From NCBI GenBank assembly GCA_050950765.1, contig JBMNIF010000002.1, positions 352,001 through 416,000 on the forward strand: a DNA stretch of 64,000 bases, in the 5' to 3' direction. A program made the translations under genes and the position numbers. Source of the DNA: Bdellovibrionota bacterium (GTDB taxonomy: Bacteria > Bdellovibrionota_C > UBA2361 > JAAYZI01). How positions within the stretch are numbered: position 1 is the first letter of the stretch; every line of letters starts with the position of its first letter. Below are positions 1 through 9,506 of the stretch, one piece after another. The notes under the pieces were generated by a model. The model was not told where the DNA came from. It ran no database searches and saw only the letters and a list, made by a program, of their open reading frames with translations.

Positions 1-246
1 AGCGATGCAAAATCTCGAGTTTACAAAATCACTAGGCGTGCCCGTACTTATAACCAGATCACGACCCTCTATTTGAGACATCGGAGAGGCCCAATCAGAA
101 TCAGTTAACTCCCGTCCGTCTAAAATCAGATCCGTAATCATATGCTCCGGATCAATGGTTGTCTTTATAAGTTCAATCAGATCAGTAAACCTAACCAATG
201 AATCTGTTTTGAATTCGTTCTCTATACCGTTAATAGTTATTCTCAT
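1..246 (-). CDS. Hypothetical protein, N-terminal part, running off the left edge
   Basis: ATG at 246 with GTAGAG upstream, 14 nt after the GT9 stop; open frame MRITINGIENEFKTDSLVRFTDLIELIK... to position 1. Not in the ORF track. Confidence 0.7.
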   Translation of the reverse strand, partial: MRITINGIENEFKTDSLVRFTDLIELIKTTIDPEHMITDLILDGRELTDSDWASPMSQIEGRDLVISTGTPSDFVNSRFCIA

Positions 247-260
247 AATTCACACTCTAC

Positions 261-1963
261 TTAAATAACACGGGAAGAATAACAAAATGCTAGCTTCTTT
301 CCACGCCGCTCTAAAGCTTGATAATGCACCCTCATTTGAGATGCTAATAATAGGGCATCAGTTCCAGTAATATTCTCCTTATCAAAGATAAAGAGCCTCG
401 TCAGAGGACCTAAATACGGATAGTGATACCCCGTTTGCTCTATCTCCCGATCCAGCTCCACTAACGCCTTATTAACTCGCCCTAGCTCCGCAGCTGATGA
501 GTTTGTATCTTTAACTAAGAGGCACAACTCATCAATTAACGAAACACCTTTTCTTGCTCCTTCTAAAACGTTTCCCAAACCTTCTATCTTCGCAATATCG
601 TCGGCAGAAGGTTCTTTTATGGATAGATCATATCCTGCCAAATCATCCAACCACACATCACGATAAGCATCTCTATATACTCGCCAAGGATCGTTTTCAT
701 CCGAAGTAAGTGGTATAAAATTACAAAATCCGAACTTATCAAAAGCGGATCGATAAACAACAACCTTACTAGGATCAGCATACCCCTGCGGTAAACTTGT
801 AAAATCCTCTTTAATGCGCCGTATTACTAGATCTGCCATCATCTCCGGATCTATCTGCTCATGACAATCAGGTCTTGCACACGGTCTATTTGGGTTGCAA
901 GGACAACACTGCACCATCGGTTGTAACACTATATTACCAGCGCTATACGGCCCCGTTTCAAAACAATAGGCTGAAGCTAAAAACATCGCCACCACAGGCG
1001 TGCCTGCTGCCACACTGATGTGCATCGGTCCAGTATCACCTGTTACTAAGAGATCGCTCTGCGCCAATAACGCCGTCAGTTGCGGGATATTTGTTTTACC
1101 CGCCGCCACAAAAACATTCTCTGAATTTAAACTATCTTTTATAGGCTGAATAATTGAAAGCTCTTTCTTGGTACCGGTTAAAACAATTCTGGCGTTATGC
1201 TTATCTATTAAAATTCTTATCAACCTAACAAAACGATCAGGTGCCCATTGTCGTTTGCCCTGACTGGCACCAGCTTGAATCGCTATAAGTGGTCCCTGTA
1301 TTAGTAAAAAACCAGCACTAGCTATCATCTCTTTCGCAGAATTTTCTTCTCTTGATCTGCAATATTTTATCAGTAAATTTCTGAGGGATGTTGTTTCTAC
1401 ATCTGCCGAACAACGGAAAGACATCAAACTAAAATTGATTGAATTAAAATCTTCTGTTTTTTGATGAAAAGGACAGAAACAGGCAAAAGAGCCTCGCCCA
1501 ATCTGATTTCAATAAACACGACACCCCCTCATCGTCCAGCAGTCCCAAACCTCCGTGGGACGCGTGATGCCCCAAACATCTTGAGGGAGTAAACGCAGTA
1601 TAAGGAGAGGATGACATATTTTAAACAATAATCAAAAGTTCTTTTGCCCCTTAAACTCTTCAATAAAAATCCGAAAACGAAACTCATAGGCCATCTATCG
1701 TTCCTTCCGGACCACGCGCCATTGAAACGCACAATCCACCCCCATATCAAGGGTTTAAAAACTTCATCAATATTCGGCAAACCAGTAACAGGGACACTTT
1801 TCAAAACTGTTTTCTCCACTAATACCGTAATATGGACAGTGCGGATTTCTCTGCCTTAAATTCCAGCGATAGTCCGGTGTAGCCTGCAAACATATCACCG
1901 AGGTCTGGTAATGTTTAACCAGTAGTAACCTTATTTTTTTTTCTATATATGTTTCGTTTTCAT
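261..1963 (-). CDS. Glycosyltransferase family 9 (heptosyltransferase-like); 5' third frameshifted, probably by sequencing error
   Basis: ORF 261..1427 has GT9 motifs (IAIQAGAS..KRQW, LLVTGDTGPMHIS). Upstream, N-terminal GT9 fragments (NITRLGDMLQATP.IAG, HITVLV, LPNIDEV) can be read across frameshifts up to an ATG at about 1963. Confidence 0.8.
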
Positions 1964-1989
1964 AACAGAATCATCCCATGCCAAATCAG

Positions 1990-3931
1990 TTTAAATCCTC
2001 TTCCCCCATCTCACTCTCTTTTCATGCGAATAATCTGCTTGGAGATATGGAAATAGAAAAACAACAAACTTTTTGCTCAGTCTCTGTTTAAACTGCCCCT
2101 TGCCTGTAAACAATATCAGAGGACCAGTCCCCATCCAAGCCTGCCTCTTTCTCCCCTTTTCAAAAAGCTCTTTTTACAAACGGTTTATACAAACTCTTGA
2201 TCAGGATAACGTTTTGGTGCGTTTCAAGGGATGGCGTGCCATGGATTGTTTATCAGCTCTGCGTTTGTAAAATTTTTCATAAACAACGGCTTGTAAAATA
2301 ATGGGAAAAGCATCTCTTGCAATCTGTGGGGTGTAGGTGTGTTTTTTTTTCAAAGCAGTTTTCTCTTACTACGTGCCCGCAAAAAGCTAAAACGCTCCCT
2401 CTTCATGCTCAAGAAAAATATTCTGCTTTCTCTTTTTAATTCAGGGATAGTAATCAAAAGTCACGATATCTTCATTTGAAAGTAAAACGCTTCAGGGAAG
2501 TAATGTTTCTAGAATCAACAAGTTGAAAAAGCTCCACACCCTGCTAATTCAAAAAGTTTCTCGGATTTTATAAAAATCAACCGTAAGGATCAAACTCCCA
2601 TCTCGCTCCGTCGAAGAGTGTAAAATTAATATTTTACCTTCGTTGCATTGAAGATCTTAATATACTCTTTCAGGGGTAAGGACGTCCTGCCCACCTTCTT
2701 GGGACTAAGCGATCAAAACGGCTTTACATTTCGGGCCATTCAGTGCCCCAAAATTTTTAAAAGGCATATTAGCAAAAAGATGCGAAAAGATTGTTTGTCG
2801 ATTATGATAGCCAGCACCGACAAAAAGATATCGGAGAAACCCCAAACGTGCCCATCTCTTCTGCCGAAAAGTTTTTAAACGGCATATGTTACACACGGAT
2901 CAAAAAGCTGTCCGGTAAAATAATGAACTTCCGGGACAAACCCGCCCTGTTTTAATAGCTTTCTATACACTCACCCCCGTTTGAATGGTGGAAAAATAAA
3001 AATCGTAATACGGCGCTAACGCCTCCCAAGTTTTAAATCTATTATAATCTTCTACAAACCACAGGACTGTAATAACCCCGTTACGCCTCAACTCTGCCAA
3101 AGTTTCTCCCGTAATCGGAGCAAGTGCCATACAGATTAATATATCGATCGGTTTTTCCAAGATTGATTGTCTAATAAGGTCGGAAAGAAACTCGACATAT
3201 TTCCCCTGCGCATTAGCACGTATTAGATCGTTGTATAAAAAACCTCCGATCGCTTGATAGCCAGAATCAAAGGTGCTCATATCTATTGTACGTACTCTCT
3301 GCCCCATTAGAGCAAGGCTGCGCGCCGTATACGTCATAATCGGCCCCGTACCGCCACGAATTGGTCCTAAAACACCTATTTTAGGCTGCAAAGCTGTTAA
3401 GCCTCTAGCTCCGTAAAAACTCGTCCGAATTTTACTGTTTAATTCAGCAGCAACAACTTGCATTTGCGGACGAACGATCAATTCTGCATTTGACTCAAAG
3501 CTCTCTTCTCCTGCTACACTCAGATCTACAATATCTTTAAGAAGAGGTGTTAAATCTCGACACCCTAAAACAACTCTTAAGACATCTAGATCCAAAGCGA
3601 TCACTGCAATCTTCTTTTTAGAAACTTCAAGTAGAGCTTCTACGTGGTAGCCACACCCTAAATCAAAAACCGTAATCTGTTCGCAATCTTCAAAACGTCT
3701 ATCTCGCAACTCTCTTGAAACCCAATTAGTAGCGGCTGATTTCGGTTTCGTCGGATGATCAAGACACTGCCCATCGACATACAAAACTGGGCCGTCATTG
3801 CTGTTTGATATTTCAACTTGAAAATTAGAAGTTTTACCCCCCTCTTCTTTAATCCGCTTAGCTAAAGCAGGAAACCGATCAGTAATAACCTGCAAATTCT
3901 TCTCAAAAATTTCGCTATGCTGCCCTGTCAT
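1990..3931 (-). CDS. CgeB/DUF3880-like glycosyltransferase with Maf-like N-terminal domain; 3' half frameshifted, probably by sequencing error
   Basis: ORF 2963..3937 has (F)DLGCGYHV and VLWFVED. Downstream fragments VHYLP.AFDP, ISFVGAGYHNR, FKIWGTEW and NPRTFELAGCGAFQL (Glyco_trans_1_2-type motif) are readable across insertions. The 3' end is approximate. Confidence 0.75.
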
Positions 3932-4135
3932 TACCATGTCTGTTTTTGTCCTTTTTGAATTTCTGATACCTCAGCGAGCAATTTATTCATAATATCTCTG
4001 ACATCAATGGAAGCTACCTCTGTAAACTGTGCAAGCAAACTCTAAGATCGCTTCAGCTTGTTCCACCTCTCCTTTCTCAAGCATCGCCTTAGCTTGCTTT
4101 ATAGCTTTGAAATACTTTCCCTCTTTTTCTTCCAT
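3931..4135 (-). CDS. Small helical hypothetical protein with one apparent frameshift
   Basis: MEEKEGKYFKAIKQAKAMLEKGEVEQAEAIL...; removing one base near 4040 gives a 67-aa ORF whose TAA overlaps the next ATG (TAATG). Confidence 0.45.
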
Positions 4136-4376
4136 GTAACGCTCACCGTACCAACCGAAAACACAACAATAAGAATAGCTTAGTCCTTAACCACAAAGAC
4201 ACGAAAGCTCTTAAGTGCTAAGATGCGAATTGCACAATAAACGGTTCAAGTACCCTAACAAAAAAGAAAAGAGCTAAACTCCCCCTTTTCTCTCTCTTTT
4301 ATGACAGGTCATTTATCTTGAATAAAGGCAAGATTTCAGCATAATCCACTACGCGATTTAACCTTGATGAGGCATT

Positions 4377-5111
4377 ATGGATGAACGTTTTGCACGCATA
4401 AGTATGTTACTAGGCGAAGCTGCTATGCAGCGCTTGCAGATGGCAACCGTAACGGTTGTCGGTTTGGGCGCAGTCGGCGGACAAGCGCTCGAAGCACTAA
4501 GTCGCTCAGGAGTTGGACGTATCCGCGTTGTAGATTTCGATATCATCCGCAGAACGAACATCAATCGTCAGATCTTGGCTTTAGAAAGCACGATCGGACA
4601 AGCAAAAAGCGACTTGGCAGCGAGTAGAATTGCACAGATTAACCCAACTTGCACAATCGAAGTTTTAAAACTCTTTGTAGCAGAAGAGACACTTGATGAG
4701 GTTTTAAGCAACACACCTGGGATAGTTATCGATGCCATTGACTCTCTTAATCCAAAAAGTAAATTGATAGATGCACTGTTAACAAGGGAGATCCCTTTTA
4801 TCTCTTCTATGGGCGCAGCACGTTTAAAAGATCCGTTTTCCATAAAAGTCGGTCACTTTTCTGAAGTAACAAAGTGTCCCTTAGCACACATGGTTAAGCG
4901 TCGTTTGAAATCTATCGGGCAAACAAGAGATTTTTTGTGCGTTTACTCTGATGAAGAGCCTATTCGTACCGCAGAATCGATACTTCCACCTGATGATGAT
5001 TTTTATAAACGTGGCCGAGATAGAAGACCTTTGGGGAGCTCCCCTATTATTACGGCGATATTCGGACTTCTAGCAGCAAACACCGTGATTGATATGATAA
5101 TTAAGGAATAA
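4377..5111 (+). CDS. tcdA: tRNA threonylcarbamoyladenosine dehydratase (ThiF/E1-like)
   Basis: VVGLGAVG, DFD...TNINRQ, IDAIDS, SSMGAA, CPLA..VK.RL, VYSDE, GS..IITAIFGL motifs. Confidence 0.9.
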   Translation: MDERFARISMLLGEAAMQRLQMATVTVVGLGAVGGQALEALSRSGVGRIRVVDFDIIRRTNINRQILALESTIGQAKSDLAASRIAQINPTCTIEVLKLFVAEETLDEVLSNTPGIVIDAIDSLNPKSKLIDALLTREIPFISSMGAARLKDPFSIKVGHFSEVTKCPLAHMVKRRLKSIGQTRDFLCVYSDEEPIRTAESILPPDDDFYKRGRDRRPLGSSPIITAIFGLLAANTVIDMIIKE

Positions 5112-5139
5112 ATAACCTCAACTATCATAAAAAACATAC

Positions 5140-5973
5140 TTATTGAACAAGGCTAGAAAACGGTATCCACGCTAATTGTTCCGGTAAAAGTGTGGTTTTT
5201 ACTAGTAAGATCTCACTCGGCAAAACACTTCCTGCCCAAGCGATCACAAAGAATCTAGCGCTACCACTAACTTCAGAAATTGTTACGCTACCACTGGCCG
5301 AGATGATGGTAACTTCTGGCAACAATTTAGAGGCAACGATAAGCTTCCCTATCTTTACATCACCGCCTGCTACAATTATGGTAGGTGCTGCTAAAACCAA
5401 CCTATCAATGTAGATATAGCCGCTACTAGCTAAAAGATTTTCATGAATTATAGCAGGTCGTATAAAAATAATATTAGCTGCTTTCAAATTACCTTTCAGC
5501 ACTTTTCGTTCAATAATTAGATCTCCTAAAACCATCTTACAAAGCCTTGCCGATCTGAATGCAGTCGGAGTTAAATCAATTGGCGGCTCATCATCTTCAA
5601 AATCACAATCATCAACCTCTGAAAAGATCTTTCCGTAATTAAAAAACGGATATGTACCGTTTTTTAGATCCATCTTGTTAATCAATCCGATTCCCAAGTG
5701 ACCTCCTTTATATGAGCTACACAGCGATGTTAGCTCTCTTTTAATCACAACATCTCCAGATCTGTTTTGTGCTTTATTACTACAAACACTTGCGAGAGAC
5801 TTGCCTGAATCTTGCAAAACTTTATTTTTTGTTTCATTTTTTAAGCGTAAAGAACGCACCTCCTCTGCCTGCATTTCAAGTATTTTTTGTGTATACAGAT
5901 GTATCGTCTGAGTAATAACTGCAACAAAAAGGAGTAAAAAGATCATAACTATTGAAGCGAATCCTTTATTCAT
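5140..5973 (-). CDS. PilX/GspK-like minor pilin
   Basis: KG|FASIVMIFLLL class III-like signal lacking E+5; last gene of four overlapping pilin-like genes. Confidence 0.55.
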   Translation of the reverse strand: MNKGFASIVMIFLLLFVAVITQTIHLYTQKILEMQAEEVRSLRLKNETKNKVLQDSGKSLASVCSNKAQNRSGDVVIKRELTSLCSSYKGGHLGIGLINKMDLKNGTYPFFNYGKIFSEVDDCDFEDDEPPIDLTPTAFRSARLCKMVLGDLIIERKVLKGNLKAANIIFIRPAIIHENLLASSGYIYIDRLVLAAPTIIVAGGDVKIGKLIVASKLLPEVTIISASGSVTISEVSGSARFFVIAWAGSVLPSEILLVKTTLLPEQLAWIPFSSLVQ

Positions 5974-6845
5974 ACTTTATTCATCAAAAAATTAAGGTAA
6001 TCATAACGTCCCAACCTATTACAGGCGGAGAACTCTCTTTTATTCAGATCTGTAAATTGCACCTCTCCTTCAAGACAAACGATCGAATTCCACAAGACTT
6101 CCCGTTTTAGTAAAAGTCTTTTAACGTTTTTAAATAACGGTTGATTTTCCGTATTAGTAGCACCGCGGTGCGAAATATATCTAAGTTGTTCATTAGAACT
6201 CACATATAAGGTGTAGTAAGTTTCTATCGGGATAATGACTCTGATAACAGCTTCAGCAACTTCAGATTCAGGAACGATCATGCTTTTTTCAATACCTAGT
6301 GAAAGATCTAAACACCCTTCTCTGCCTATATGTCTCACCCCTGTACCTTGCAACTCCCAAACACCATCAACTCCGAAGCCAAGATAACCGAAGGTGTGTT
6401 CTGATAAAGCGCTCCGTTTAAAGCGCGGACAAACATAAAATGTCATACCATCTTGTCGTACAACATCGTAAATCTTTTCCATAGCGAGGGAGAAAGTGGT
6501 GACAGCATCAGAATCTGAAGCAGGTAGTAAAGTTTTCCCAACGATGGCGTTAGCCTCTCCATTAGTGAAAGTTATTCTGCCTGAATTGTGTATCCTCGGA
6601 AGTAAATAGAACGGATGAGTGTCCAGATCATCTAAGACCCGTTGCACCTTATGTGAAAGTTGTAACGAGGTTAGTTCATTGGCATAACGTCGCTTTGCAA
6701 GATTTTGTAGCGAAAGCGAAGATTGCATCAATTTCCCGACAACCACACATAAAATTCCACAGAGACACACCGTGACAAGGACTTCAATCAATGTAAATCC
6801 GTCTGCACCTTTTAACGATCTTTTTGCACAAGAAAAACGATACAC
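5970..6845 (-). CDS. PilW/GspJ-like minor pilin with N-methylation motif
   Basis: Canonical DG|FTLIEVLVTV prepilin motif followed by a hydrophobic helix. Confidence 0.75.
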   Translation of the reverse strand: MYRFSCAKRSLKGADGFTLIEVLVTVCLCGILCVVVGKLMQSSLSLQNLAKRRYANELTSLQLSHKVQRVLDDLDTHPFYLLPRIHNSGRITFTNGEANAIVGKTLLPASDSDAVTTFSLAMEKIYDVVRQDGMTFYVCPRFKRSALSEHTFGYLGFGVDGVWELQGTGVRHIGREGCLDLSLGIEKSMIVPESEVAEAVIRVIIPIETYYTLYVSSNEQLRYISHRGATNTENQPLFKNVKRLLLKREVLWNSIVCLEGEVQFTDLNKREFSACNRLGRYDYLNFLMNKV

Positions 6846-7099
6846 TCTCCCTCCTTTTTACAACATTTTTTTCTGGTAAACCCTCCTTTAACGGATTTAC
6901 TCCGACAACTCTTCTTTAACTCTGAAGCATTCCAAGTTAACGCCCCTTTCTTCCTTGCAAATACACCTTCTCCTGCAGCAACAACTGCCAGCAGTTGTCC
7001 TTGTGAAAAGATCGCAATTACTGCAAACCCTATTAAGACAAAACTCAACAACAGATCTAAAAAAGTTGCTGCTCTTTCATCCTGCAATTTTATTCGCAT
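6812..7099 (-). CDS. PilV/GspI-like small minor pilin
   Basis: RA|ATFLDLLLSFVLIG degenerate prepilin motif; GAGGAG RBS before the ATG at 7099; overlaps both neighbours. Confidence 0.55.
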   Translation of the reverse strand: MRIKLQDERAATFLDLLLSFVLIGFAVIAIFSQGQLLAVVAAGEGVFARKKGALTWNASELKKSCRSKSVKGGFTRKKCCKKEGECIVFLVQKDR

Positions 7100-7548
7100 A
7101 AGCTCCTCACTCTTCCTCGTAATGACAAAACCACAAAACACTCTGCCTCCTTGCGTGACACTGAAAAGGTAACGGGGCTACTAACTCCGCTCTTATATAA
7201 ACTTACACAATCTCTACCTGTACCGTGCGGCTTTATCGTTACGTGTTTTGGGAAGGTAAACTTTTGAACAGGCACGGATCCGTTTTCATAACTGAGAAGA
7301 TACTCATTTTCTGAAAATTGCAGTGTTAGATCCTCTTCACGCTGCACACTAAGCAGCACAAAACCTTCCAATGCACTTGCAAACCGTTTGGACTCTCTAA
7401 TTAGGGAGAGACGGTTACTATCTGCTGCAACTCTATATGCTGCTAGACACAACACACCCGACAGCCCTAACACGATTAGAAGCTCTAAAAGCGCAAAGGC
7501 AACGTCCCTATTTGAAGAATTATTAGGTATGATTTTTTTCATACCCAC
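7090..7548 (-). CDS. FimU/GspH-like minor pilin
   Basis: VA|FALLELLIVLGL motif; C-terminal LYKSG...SLRGRVR resembles the GspH/FimT pattern. Confidence 0.65.
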   Translation of the reverse strand: MGMKKIIPNNSSNRDVAFALLELLIVLGLSGVLCLAAYRVAADSNRLSLIRESKRFASALEGFVLLSVQREEDLTLQFSENEYLLSYENGSVPVQKFTFPKHVTIKPHGTGRDCVSLYKSGVSSPVTFSVSRKEAECFVVLSLRGRVRSLCE

Positions 7549-7613
7549 ATGATCGGATCCTCAAAAGGAATCGTTGCCTCGTGAAGTGATTTTTATCTAT
7601 TTTTTTGTAGAAA

Positions 7614-8096
7614 TTACTTTACAGCATCTGACGGCAGATCTGCGGAGACCCCGAGTAGATCTGCTAACTTTGTTCGTAAATACCTTTCAAAACCACCCTC
7701 TTCGCCGTCTGAAAAGATTAATTCATCAACCGTCTCCATTAATACCTTTTTTTCATCTGAGTCTAAATTGTCTTTTAATAAGGCAGCATAACGGCTTGTC
7801 CCACGCAAGTTATTCATAATGGTATTGGCTTGATTAACAAGAGTTTGAACACGATCTTTAGGGGTACCAAATAGCCGTTTGAGGGCGCTCCCTATCATAA
7901 TATATTCTTTTTGTTCAAAATTCTGATCACAGGAAGCCATATCAACCAATAATACAGCAAACGCCAGTTCCAGATCTGCCGTTGGAACACCTCTCCTTTT
8001 TTGTTTTCCCTTATTACCTTCTCCTTGCTCTTCAAAAACGCTTTTCAAAGCATTTACAAGTGCTTCTGCTGTTATTTTATCGTTTTGATCACCCAT
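7614..8096 (-). CDS. TerB-family (tellurite resistance-like) protein
   Basis: LAFAVLLVDMASCD..F...E and LIFSDG....FE...R.KLADLLGV TerB-like repeats; AAGGAG RBS before the ATG at 8096. Confidence 0.8.
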   Translation of the reverse strand: MGDQNDKITAEALVNALKSVFEEQGEGNKGKQKRRGVPTADLELAFAVLLVDMASCDQNFEQKEYIMIGSALKRLFGTPKDRVQTLVNQANTIMNNLRGTSRYAALLKDNLDSDEKKVLMETVDELIFSDGEEGGFERYLRTKLADLLGVSADLPSDAVK

Positions 8097-8307
8097 TTTT
8101 TTCTTACTCCTTACAAGGATAATATCAAACAAGTTGTGCGACTACTCCCCCCACTTCTTCACAAATGGAATTAGTACTTCACCTTATTCAATCTCTTAAC
8201 TTAAAATACGATTTTCTCGCACCCCTAATCACCTTATTTTTAAAGGTTTTGCAAGACAAAAGAGGTCTTCAGCTCTCCTTCAATTAGTGCAAAACATCAT
8301 ATAATTT

Positions 8308-9294
8308 TTAAGATACAACCGTTTTAACTTCTATCAGATCTTGAATATCTACCAATCCAACCGGATAATTTTCACTATCAACCACTATCACTTGGTCAAT
8401 CTTATAACTACTCATAACTTGCAAAGCATCAGAAGCGTAAGCATCAACCGTTATCGTCTTCGGATCTTTAGTCGCTACTTTTGAAATAGGTTTATCTAAA
8501 AAATCCACCTCCTTCGAAAGACATCTGCGAAAGTTTCCATCTGTAAAAACACCTGACAATTTACCAGCACTATCAACAACTGTTGCCGCACCTGGACGTC
8601 CTTTAGTTTCCGTCATTTTTTCTAGAACAGCTCTAGCAGTTTCTGTTTCTGAAACGATGCAGTGCATCTCACCTTGCCGCATAATAGTAGTAATCGGTTT
8701 TAACGCCTTGCCTAAAGAACCACCGGAATGGAAAAAAGCGAACTCTTCTCGTGAAAATTTCTTTCCTCTAACGATTGTCATCGCTAAAGCATCTCCCAAA
8801 GCCAACATCATCATAGCACTGGTTGTAGGAGCTAGCCCTAATGGTCCTGCCTCACTAACATTTCCAAGCGCTAAAACAACATCACTTGCCTTAGCTAAAT
8901 TAGAAGTTGTAGTAGCAGTAATTGAGACGATCGGACACTTCAGACGTTTAATTAAGGGTAGGATCCTTAAGATCTCTTCAGTTTCACCAGAATACGAAAT
9001 AATCAAAGCTAAATCGTATTTAGTATACCTTCCCAAGTCTCCATGCGCAGCCTCTGCTGGATTTAAGAAAAACGACGGGATGCCGACGCTAGCTAAGGTG
9101 GCTGAAATCTTCATACCGATAAAACCGGCTTTACCCATGCCGGAAACAACGATATGCCCGTGTCCGTTTGAAACCTCTGCGATTAGATCAACAGCATGCG
9201 AAAAGCTTTCATCCAATTGTTGCGATAACTTCTGCACACCAGCAGCTTCTTCAGCTATTAAATTTCTTGCATACTCAAGGCAATCTTCGCTCAT
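8308..9294 (-). CDS. kdsD: Arabinose-5-phosphate isomerase (KpsF/GutQ; SIS plus two CBS domains)
   Basis: SGMGKAG.IG.KISATLAS.G, P.EAAHGDLG, LAPTTS, GDALA, FH.GG.LG, GVFTDG motifs. Confidence 0.92.
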   Translation of the reverse strand: MSEDCLEYARNLIAEEAAGVQKLSQQLDESFSHAVDLIAEVSNGHGHIVVSGMGKAGFIGMKISATLASVGIPSFFLNPAEAAHGDLGRYTKYDLALIISYSGETEEILRILPLIKRLKCPIVSITATTTSNLAKASDVVLALGNVSEAGPLGLAPTTSAMMMLALGDALAMTIVRGKKFSREEFAFFHSGGSLGKALKPITTIMRQGEMHCIVSETETARAVLEKMTETKGRPGAATVVDSAGKLSGVFTDGNFRRCLSKEVDFLDKPISKVATKDPKTITVDAYASDALQVMSSYKIDQVIVVDSENYPVGLVDIQDLIEVKTVVS

Positions 9295-9506
9295 GCTTTA
9301 AAAGTCTCCATTTTATTAAAAATAACGCAACTCTCGCCCCTCTTAGTCACAGCACCAACTAAATTACCCCCACTTTTAGCACAGCCTAAAGTTAAAATCG
9401 ACGTTTCTTTTAAACCTCACCCCTTTGCTAAGTAGCCCGAACTTTTCAACTATGTTATAGATACCACTCTCTCTGTTTAGTTGAATTATACAAAAAATGG
9501 CACCTC

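Noticed and set aside
1529..2896. Short track ORFs (1529..1819, 1644..1859, 2073..2270, 2648..2878, 2705..2896) as genes
   Set aside because: They are fragments or antisense shadows of two frameshifted glycosyltransferases.
8657..9301. 214-aa plus-strand ORF and similar antisense ORFs (e.g. 28798..29337, 48093..48590, 58790..59344)
   Set aside because: They lie antisense to well-conserved genes and have no motifs of their own.
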